Part shown: positions 56,889 to 64,000 of the stretch, one piece after another
Layout: each line of letters opens with the position of its first letter
Numbering within the stretch: the first letter of the stretch is position 1
DNA from: Salinibacterium sp.
GTDB lineage: Bacteria > Actinomycetota > Actinomycetes > Actinomycetales > Microbacteriaceae
DNA length: 64,000 bases
Assembly: GCA_015234465.1 (NCBI GenBank)
Contig: JADGNA010000017.1
Span: forward strand, 29,861-93,860
Direction: 5' to 3'
Notes under the pieces: generated by a model
Seen by the model: the letters and a program-made list of their open reading frames with translations, nothing else
What the model was told of the DNA's origin: nothing
The model's database searches: none
Translations under genes and position numbers: made by a program

Positions 56889-57866
56889 GTGGCTCTCACC
56901 GCCGATGTCAAGGAGGAGCTCACCGGAGTCGAGGTGAGCAAGACCAGCGTTCGCGCCGCGGAGCTGTCGACGATCCTCCGGTTCTCGGGTGGACTCCACA
57001 CGATCTCGGGGCGCATCGCGGTCGAGTCGGAGGTCGACAGTCCCGCGCTCGCCCGCCGCGTCCGCAAGGACCTCGCGGAGCTCTACGGCGTTCGCGGGGA
57101 CGTGGCCGTCATCCCAGCGAACGGCATGCGCAAGGCGAGCAGCTACCTTGTGCGCGTGCTCGACGGCGAGACGCTCGCTCGCCAGACAGGCCTCCTCGAC
57201 GCGCGGCGTCGCCCGATCCGCGGTCTGCCGAATCGGCTCACCACCGGTTCCCGCGAGGATCTCGCCGCCATCTGGCGCGGGGCATTCCTCGCGCAGGGCA
57301 CCCTCACCGACCCGGGCCGCTCGGCGGCCCTCGAGGTTGTTTGCCCCGGCAACGAGGCGGCCATGGCGCTGGTTGGTGCCGCATCTCGGCTCGGCATTGC
57401 TTCGAAGGCGCGCGAGGTCCGCGGCGTGCACCGCGTCGTCATCCGGGACGGCGAGGCGATCAGCGCGATGCTCATCACGATGGGCGCCGTCGAGACGGTG
57501 ACGGCATGGGAAGCGCTGCGCCAACGCCGCGAGGTGCGCGCAACCGCGAACCGACTCGTCAACTTCGATGACGCCAACCTTCGCCGCTCGGCCCAGGCCG
57601 CCGTCGCGGCGTGCGCCCGGGTCGAGCGTGCCCTCGAGATCCTCGGCGAGGACATCCCCGAGCACCTGCGCTACGCCGGCGAACTCCGCCTGCGCTTCCG
57701 TGAAGCCAGTCTCGACGAGCTCGGCCACCAGGCTGAGCCTCCCATGACGAAGGATGCCGTTGCCGGCCGGATCAGACGGCTCCTCGCGATGGCCGACAAG
57801 AAGGCCGAGGAGCTCGGCGTTCCCGGTACCGACGCCAACCTGCCGCCGGAGTACGAGGACGCGTAG
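56889..57866 (+). CDS. whiA: DNA-binding sporulation/cell-division regulator WhiA
   Basis: [11 protein letters not shown]-terminus, LAGLIDADG-like domains and a C-terminal HTH (...LDELG....[15 protein letters not shown]). Confidence 0.95.
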   Translation: MALTADVKEELTGVEVSKTSVRAAELSTILRFSGGLHTISGRIAVESEVDSPALARRVRKDLAELYGVRGDVAVIPANGMRKASSYLVRVLDGETLARQTGLLDARRRPIRGLPNRLTTGSREDLAAIWRGAFLAQGTLTDPGRSAALEVVCPGNEAAMALVGAASRLGIASKAREVRGVHRVVIRDGEAISAMLITMGAVETVTAWEALRQRREVRATANRLVNFDDANLRRSAQAAVAACARVERALEILGEDIPEHLRYAGELRLRFREASLDELGHQAEPPMTKDAVAGRIRRLLAMADKKAEELGVPGTDANLPPEYEDA

Positions 57867-57882
57867 ACTGGCGAACATCCCC

Positions 57883-57906
57883 CTGTGCGCACGAATTCTG
57901 TGCGCA
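57883..57906 (+). promoter_or_regulatory. Direct 9-bp repeat CTGTGCGCA-N6-CTGTGCGCA in the sodA upstream region (candidate operator or 5'-UTR hairpin)
   Basis: Copies lie at 57883-57891 and 57898-57906. TGCGCAC/GTGCGCA can also pair as a 7-bp stem with loop GAATTCT. The element lies between a TAGACT hexamer (57864-57869) and the SD AAGGAG. Confidence 0.5.
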
Positions 57907-57931
57907 GCGGTAACACCCCAAGGAGAAGTAA

Positions 57932-58558
57932 ATGGCTGAATACACCCTTCCCGAACTTCCGTACGACTACGCAGCGCTTGAGCCGAGCATCAGCGCCACC
58001 ATCATGGAGCTTCACCACAGCAAGCACCACCAGGCGTACGTGACGGGTGCCAACACCGCGCTTGCGCAGCTGGCCGAGGCGCGCGACAAGGGCGACCTCG
58101 CCAACGTCAACAAGCTCGAGAAGGACCTGGCGTTCAACCTTGGCGGGCACGTCAACCACTCTGTGTTCTGGACCAACATGTCCCCGGATGGCGGCGACAA
58201 GCCCACTGGCGAGCTTGCGGCCGCGATCGATGACAACTTCGGCTCCTTCGAGAAGTTCCAGGCGCACTTCACGGCGACCGCGCTCGGCGTGCAGGGCTCC
58301 GGCTGGGCCGTCCTCGCTTGGGACTCGATCGGCCAGCGCCTCATCATCGAGCAGCTCTTCGACCAGCAGAGCAACGCAGCACTCGGCACCGTGCCGGTGC
58401 TGATGCTCGATGTCTGGGAGCACGCGTACTACATCGACTACAAGAACGTCCGTGCCGACTATGTGAAGGCGTTCTGGAACATCGTCAACTGGCAGAACGT
58501 CCAGCAGCGCTTCGAGACGGCTCGCACGTCGACCTCGGGCCTCATCGTTCTCTCCTAG
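57932..58558 (+). CDS. sodA: Superoxide dismutase (Mn/Fe family)
   Basis: [25 protein letters not shown] and [11 protein letters not shown] motifs. Confidence 0.96.
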   Translation: MAEYTLPELPYDYAALEPSISATIMELHHSKHHQAYVTGANTALAQLAEARDKGDLANVNKLEKDLAFNLGGHVNHSVFWTNMSPDGGDKPTGELAAAIDDNFGSFEKFQAHFTATALGVQGSGWAVLAWDSIGQRLIIEQLFDQQSNAALGTVPVLMLDVWEHAYYIDYKNVRADYVKAFWNIVNWQNVQQRFETARTSTSGLIVLS

Positions 58559-58567
58559 CAACTAGTC

Positions 58568-58593
58568 GCGGCCGGGCCTTCTGGCCCGGCCGC
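58568..58593 (+). terminator. Perfect GC-rich hairpin after sodA (candidate terminator)
   Basis: GCGGCCGGGCC-ttct-GGCCCGGCCGC (11-bp stem) lies 10 nt after the sodA stop. There is no U-tract, the I-shaped type common in Actinobacteria. Confidence 0.6.
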
Positions 58594-58664
58594 CCCTGCT
58601 CTCATATTGCTCGACTCGCTCGGCGCCACGAAGGCCGTGCTCAGCACAACTGGCAACACTGTGA

Positions 58665-59750
<1,086 letters not shown>

Positions 59751-59813
59751 CCCGCAGCGTCAGCACAGTCTCCGGCTCCGTCACCTCCAGAACGAATTGA
59801 GAAGATCCGCCAA

Positions 59814-61028
59814 ATGACCCTCCGAACGCTCGACAGCCTTGGTGAGCTCGCAGGCAAGACCGTCATCGTGCGGTGCGACCTGAACGTGCCGCTCGATGAA
59901 GGCCGAATCACTGACGATGGGCGCATCCGTGCCTCGCTCTCCACCCTGCAGCGCCTGCTCGACGCAGGTGCGAAGGTGGTCGTGGTCTCCCACCTCGGTC
60001 GCCCCAAGGGTGCCCCTGATCCGGCCTCCAGCCTCGCACCCGTGGCCGCGCGCCTCGGTGAGCTGCTCGGCAAGGATGTCGTCTTCGCGGACGACACCGT
60101 GGGGGAGTCAGCCAAGGCCGCCGTGGCGGGGCTCGAATCCGGGGGGATCGTACTGCTCGAGAACCTGCGGTTCTCGCCGGAGGAGACTTCGAAGGATGAC
60201 GGCGAGCGTGCGGCGTTCGCTGCGCGTCTCGCCGCCTTCGGTGACGCCTTCGTCTCCGACGGCTTCGGCGTCGTACACCGCCGCCAGGCCAGCGTGTATG
60301 AACTCGCGAAGGCACTACCGAGTGCGGCGGGGCTCCTGATCGAGGCGGAGCTCGACGTGCTCGACCGGCTGACCGAGCGTCCGACGCGCCCGTACACGGT
60401 CGTGCTTGGGGGTTCGAAGGTCTCCGACAAGCTCGGCGTCATCGGGCACCTGCTCCCCAAGGTCGACACTCTTCTCGTGGGAGGCGGCATGATGTTCACC
60501 TTCCTCGCCGCACAGGGGCACAGCGTGGGCTCGAGCCTCCTCGAGGAGGACCAGCTTGAGAACGTGCGCGGCTACATTGCGGAGGCGGAGCAACGCGGGG
60601 TGCAGATCGTGGTGCCCAGCGACGCTGTCGTCGCGTCGCATTTCGGAGCGGACGCGCGCCACGAGGTAAGGCCCGCCGACCAGCTCGAGAGCACCGAGTG
60701 GGGCGAGAAGGGCATCGGCCTCGACATCGGGCCGGAGACTGCACGCCGCTTCGCCGAGGTCATCGCCTCGTCGAAGACGGTCTTCTGGAACGGCCCCATG
60801 GGTGTCTTCGAGATCGACGCCTTCGCAGCAGGCACGAAGACGGTTGCCCAGGCACTCACTGAGGTCGATGGGCTCTCAGTGGTCGGGGGTGGCGACTCCG
60901 CAGCAGCGGTTCGTGCGCTCGGGTTCGACGACGCACAGTTTGGTCACATTTCTACTGGCGGGGGTGCGAGTCTCGAGTTCCTCGAGGGCAAGTCCCTGCC
61001 CGGCTTGGAGGTACTCGGATGGCAGTAA
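59814..61028 (+). CDS. pgk: Phosphoglycerate kinase
   Basis: RCDLNVPL, HLGRPKG and GGGDSAAA motifs. Confidence 0.97.
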   Translation: MTLRTLDSLGELAGKTVIVRCDLNVPLDEGRITDDGRIRASLSTLQRLLDAGAKVVVVSHLGRPKGAPDPASSLAPVAARLGELLGKDVVFADDTVGESAKAAVAGLESGGIVLLENLRFSPEETSKDDGERAAFAARLAAFGDAFVSDGFGVVHRRQASVYELAKALPSAAGLLIEAELDVLDRLTERPTRPYTVVLGGSKVSDKLGVIGHLLPKVDTLLVGGGMMFTFLAAQGHSVGSSLLEEDQLENVRGYIAEAEQRGVQIVVPSDAVVASHFGADARHEVRPADQLESTEWGEKGIGLDIGPETARRFAEVIASSKTVFWNGPMGVFEIDAFAAGTKTVAQALTEVDGLSVVGGGDSAAAVRALGFDDAQFGHISTGGGASLEFLEGKSLPGLEVLGWQ

Positions 61029-61825
61029 CACAGGGCAAGAGCGGCGGTCGTACGCCGCTCATCGCCGGCAACTGGAAGATGAATCTGGACCACCTCCAGG
61101 CGATCGCCTTCGTGCAGAAGCTTGCATGGAGCCTCAAGGACGCCCACTTCGATTTCGACGAGGTCGAGGTCGCTGTCTTCCCGCCCTTCACTGACCTGCG
61201 CTCGGTGCAGACGCTCATCTCGGCTGACAAGCTGCTGCTCAAGTTCGGTGCACAGGATGTCTCGGCTCATGACTCCGGTGCGTACACGGGCGAGGTCTCG
61301 GGAGCGTTCCTCTCGGCACTCGACTGCGACTACGTGATCGTGGGCCACTCGGAACGCCGCACGCTGCACCTCGAGACCGACGAGCAGGTCGGCGCCAAGG
61401 CGCTGGCCGCGATCAAGCACGGGCTCGTGCCGGTCATCTGTGTCGGAGAGACCGCCGATGACCTTGCCGAGCACGGTCCGAGCGCGGTTCCCGTCGCACA
61501 GCTCACCGCCGCCCTTGAGAACGTCGCGGAGGGTGCGGACATCGTCGTCGCCTACGAGCCGGTCTGGGCCATCGGCTCGGGACAGGCCGCAACGCCAGAA
61601 CAGGCGGAGCAGGTCGCGGCGGCATTGCGCGACGTTGTGCGGTCCCGTCTCGGCGAGGAAGCGGCGGCAAAGACTCGGGTCCTCTACGGCGGCTCCGTCA
61701 AGGCCGCCAACATCGCCTCGTTCATGCGACAGCCGAACGTCGACGGTGCCCTCGTCGGCGGAGCGAGCATCCAGGTCGAGGAGTTCGCGAGTATCTGCCG
61801 CTACAAGGCTCACGTCGGCACCTGA
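61019..61825 (+). CDS. tpiA: Triosephosphate isomerase
   Basis: AGNWKMN, VGHSERR and AYEPVWAIGSG motifs. 10-nt overlap with pgk. Confidence 0.95.
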   Translation: MAVTQGKSGGRTPLIAGNWKMNLDHLQAIAFVQKLAWSLKDAHFDFDEVEVAVFPPFTDLRSVQTLISADKLLLKFGAQDVSAHDSGAYTGEVSGAFLSALDCDYVIVGHSERRTLHLETDEQVGAKALAAIKHGLVPVICVGETADDLAEHGPSAVPVAQLTAALENVAEGADIVVAYEPVWAIGSGQAATPEQAEQVAAALRDVVRSRLGEEAAAKTRVLYGGSVKAANIASFMRQPNVDGALVGGASIQVEEFASICRYKAHVGT

Positions 61826-61857
61826 CCTCCAGCACCCACACAGATCAGGTCGCAGGT

Positions 61858-61863
61858 TATACT
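61858..61863 (+). promoter_or_regulatory. Candidate -10 hexamer TATACT upstream of secG
   Basis: Best TATAAT-like hexamer in the tpiA-secG gap, about 68 nt before GTG 61931. Confidence 0.4.
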
Positions 61864-61930
61864 GGTCAACGGCTTACGCGCTCCCGAAGGCGCTTCACCG
61901 TGCCGGCGCGCATCCACCGAAAGGCTTCAC

Positions 61931-62182
61931 GTGCAAATCCTCCAGGTACTGTTCCAGGTGGTGCTGGGAATCACCAGCGTCCTCCTGACGCTCCTCATCC
62001 TTCTGCACAGGGGGCGCGGCGGTGGCCTTTCCGACATGTTCGGCGGCGGGGTCACTTCGAATCTTGGAGCGTCAGGTGTCGCTGAGCGAAACCTCAACCG
62101 CTTCACCGTCATCCTTGGTCTGGTCTGGCTCACGTCGATCGTGGTCCTCGGCCTCATCACCAAGTTCGACTCGGCAGTCTAA
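61931..62182 (+). CDS. secG: Preprotein translocase subunit SecG
   Basis: 83 aa with two TM helices and the LLHRGRGGGLSDMFGGG motif. Confidence 0.88.
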   Translation: MQILQVLFQVVLGITSVLLTLLILLHRGRGGGLSDMFGGGVTSNLGASGVAERNLNRFTVILGLVWLTSIVVLGLITKFDSAV

Positions 62183-62191
62183 GGAGTAATC

Positions 62192-62554
62192 GTGGCGTCA
62201 GGTGGCAGTGCAATCAGGGGCTCCCGAGTCGGAGCAGGCCCCATGGGAGAGCAGGACCGGGGGTTCCACGCGGAGCGCATCCAGGTGCACTACTGGTGTG
62301 GCAGCGGTCACCAGCTGAGCCCGTACTTCCTCGCGACGATCGAGCCTGAGGAGATTCCCGAGCAGCTCGACTGCCCGAACTGTGGCGCGCCCGCTGGTCG
62401 TGACAAGGAGAATCCGCCGCAGGTCGCGAAGCTCGAGCCTTACAAGACGCACCTCGCGTACGTCAAGGAGCGCCGCACTGAGGAAGAGGCCGTGGCCCTC
62501 CTTGAGGAAGCTCTCCAGCAGCTCCGCGCCCGTCGCGGCACCGTCAACTCCTAG
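62192..62554 (+). CDS. rbpA: RNA polymerase-binding protein RbpA
   Basis: Y.C..GH......(zinc-ribbon-like CPNCG) core and the C-terminal sigma-interaction helix (KTHLAYVKERR). SD AAGGAG lies upstream. Confidence 0.88.
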   Translation: MASGGSAIRGSRVGAGPMGEQDRGFHAERIQVHYWCGSGHQLSPYFLATIEPEEIPEQLDCPNCGAPAGRDKENPPQVAKLEPYKTHLAYVKERRTEEEAVALLEEALQQLRARRGTVNS

Positions 62555-62562
62555 CACTGAGC

Positions 62563-62594
62563 GAGGTTCGCGTTGCCTCGGCAACGCGAACCTC
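62563..62594. terminator. Perfect 15-bp inverted repeat between convergent rbpA and pgl (bidirectional terminator)
   Basis: GAGGTTCGCGTTGCC (62563-62577), tc, then GGCAACGCGAACCTC (62580-62594). Confidence 0.7.
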
Positions 62595-62595
62595 C

Positions 62596-63366
62596 TCAGT
62601 ACGAGTCGACGATCAACTCACGCGGCACATCCGCTGCTGCGTCCTCATCGACGAAGAACACCGTCTCGAGCACGCCCTTGACTCCCGCGACCGGCACCAG
62701 GTCGCGACTCGCTCCCGCAAGCGCCAGCCCGATTGGTGAAGCCTTGTCTGCGCCTGCCAGTGCGAGCCAGATCCGCTCTGAGGAGTTGATGACGGGCAGG
62801 GTCAGGCTGAGTCGCTCGGGTGGCGGCTTTGGTGAATCTCGCACCGCGACGACCGAGTCCTGCGCATTGACCTGTTCGAAATGCGGAAACAGCGAAGCGA
62901 CGTGGCCGTCAGGACCTACGCCGAGGAACGTCACGTCGAAGGCCGGTGCGGCGCCCCCATTGCTTGCGTGGCGTGCGAGCTCGCCCCGGTACAGGAGGGC
63001 GGCATCGTCGAGCGCAACCCCAGCATCCGCCGCCGGGAAGCGGTGTACGTTGCTGGCGGGAATCGCTACGCGCGTGAGCAGCGCCACGTCGGCCTGGTGG
63101 TCATTCCGTTCCGCATCCCCGGATTCGAGCCATCGCTCGTCCCCCCACCACACGTGCACTCGCTCCCATTCGAGGGCGTCTACTTCGGCGTGTTCGGCGA
63201 TGGCGCCGAGCACCGCGATACCGACACTCCCTCCCGTGAGGCAGACGTGCACGGTCGGGCGACCCTCCAGGACTGCCCGTACGACGGACACGAAACGACC
63301 CGCAACGGCTTGGATGAGCTGGTCCTTCGATTCGTGGACGACCACAGCCTTGTTGGGCACGCTCAC
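62596..63366 (-). CDS. pgl: 6-phosphogluconolactonase
   Basis: LTGGSVG, WWGDER and GPDGHVASLFP motifs. Its start overlaps the opcA stop. Confidence 0.9.
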   Translation of the reverse strand: MSVPNKAVVVHESKDQLIQAVAGRFVSVVRAVLEGRPTVHVCLTGGSVGIAVLGAIAEHAEVDALEWERVHVWWGDERWLESGDAERNDHQADVALLTRVAIPASNVHRFPAADAGVALDDAALLYRGELARHASNGGAAPAFDVTFLGVGPDGHVASLFPHFEQVNAQDSVVAVRDSPKPPPERLSLTLPVINSSERIWLALAGADKASPIGLALAGASRDLVPVAGVKGVLETVFFVDEDAAADVPRELIVDSY

Positions 63367-64000
63367 TCCTTCCTGGTCGGCGTCGCGAGGGCGCTGAGCC
63401 CCTCCTGCAGGACAGAACCGAAGAGCTTGTCCGGGCTCAGTCGGCGAAGCTCCTCTGCGAGGCAGTCGCGAAGTCCACGCCGCGGCAGCGAGATGTCGTG
63501 CACCGGTTGGCCCGGTTGCGTGAGCGTCGCGACGGGGGGCTCGATTCTCTCGAGCGTGATATCGCCCGAGGCGCGGGTGAGCGTCACACCGTGGATACCC
63601 ACATCGCCCGGCCGGGTGATCTCAACCGTGACGGGTATCTCGAGTTGCCGCTGCAGCCACGCGGCCAGCAGCAAGGTAGAGGGGGACTCGGATGAGCCGC
63701 GAACGTGCACGGCCGTCACGGGCTCGTAGGGCGGCTGGTCCAGCACGGCGGCGAGCTGGCCCCTCCACAGGGTCAGGCGTGTCCACGCGAAGTCGGTATC
63801 GCCCGGTGCATAGCTCACGCTGCGCGAACGGAGGAAGGCCGCGGGATCGGGTTGCGCCGCAGCATCCGTGATCCGTCGCTGCGCGATCCGCCCGATGGCG
63901 GATTCCGAGACGACCTCGGGCGTGCGCCCCGGCCACCACGCGACGACGGGCGCGTCCGGCAGGAGCAGGCCCATCACGAGGCTCTCTTCGCTTCGCGCGA
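63363..64000 (-). CDS. opcA: Glucose-6-phosphate dehydrogenase assembly protein OpcA (C-terminal part; the gene continues beyond the window)
   Basis: The frame stays open to base 64000. ...PVVAWWPG....DTDFAWTRLTLWR... is typical of OpcA. Usual zwf-opcA-pgl order. Confidence 0.85.
   Translation of the reverse strand, partial: ARSEESLVMGLLLPDAPVVAWWPGRTPEVVSESAIGRIAQRRITDAAAQPDPAAFLRSRSVSYAPGDTDFAWTRLTLWRGQLAAVLDQPPYEPVTAVHVRGSSESPSTLLLAAWLQRQLEIPVTVEITRPGDVGIHGVTLTRASGDITLERIEPPVATLTQPGQPVHDISLPRRGLRDCLAEELRRLSPDKLFGSVLQEGLSALATPTRKE

Overview
High-GC actinobacterial chromosome, with gene order and protein sequences typical of Microbacteriaceae-like Actinomycetota. The window is almost entirely conserved housekeeping genes: 52 of 57 CDS are on the + strand, and 5 CDS plus one tRNA are on the - strand. 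Order: nusB (partial) | NitT/TauT-type ABC transporter | pyrR-pyrB-pyrC-(membrane ORF)-carA-carB-pyrF | mIHF-gmk fusion-rpoZ-coaBC-metK-priA-fmt-rsmB-rpe | FKBP | hisE-hisG-hisF-hisI-trpE-(2 membrane ORFs)-trpC-trpB-trpA-lgt | gltB-gltD | pyk | 2H phosphoesterase and tRNA-Leu(CAA) (-) | pdtaR-like ANTAR regulator | thioesterase (-) | polA | DUF885 | secreted metzincin with C-terminal repeats | rpsA | DUF4126 (-) | coaE-uvrB-uvrA-uvrC-rapZ-whiA | sodA | gap-pgk-tpiA-secG-rbpA | pgl-opcA (-, partial). I found no CRISPR array, transposase, integrase, rRNA, prophage or obvious defence island, and no convincing novel multi-gene system. The points most worth a second look are: (1) a recurrent TAnnnT-N6/7-start-codon architecture at 13 genes (leaderless-mRNA signature), often reusing the upstream TAG stop codon as the -10; (2) an in-frame mIHF-guanylate kinase fusion; (3) a secreted HExxHxxGxxH metalloprotease with three C-terminal YRFWS..HFYT repeats; (4) a uvrA control region with a LexA box; (5) a PriA lacking Walker A/B motifs; (6) absence of yvcK between rapZ and whiA; (7) a 9-bp direct repeat in the sodA leader. 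The many long antisense and off-frame ORFs in the track are GC-composition artefacts.
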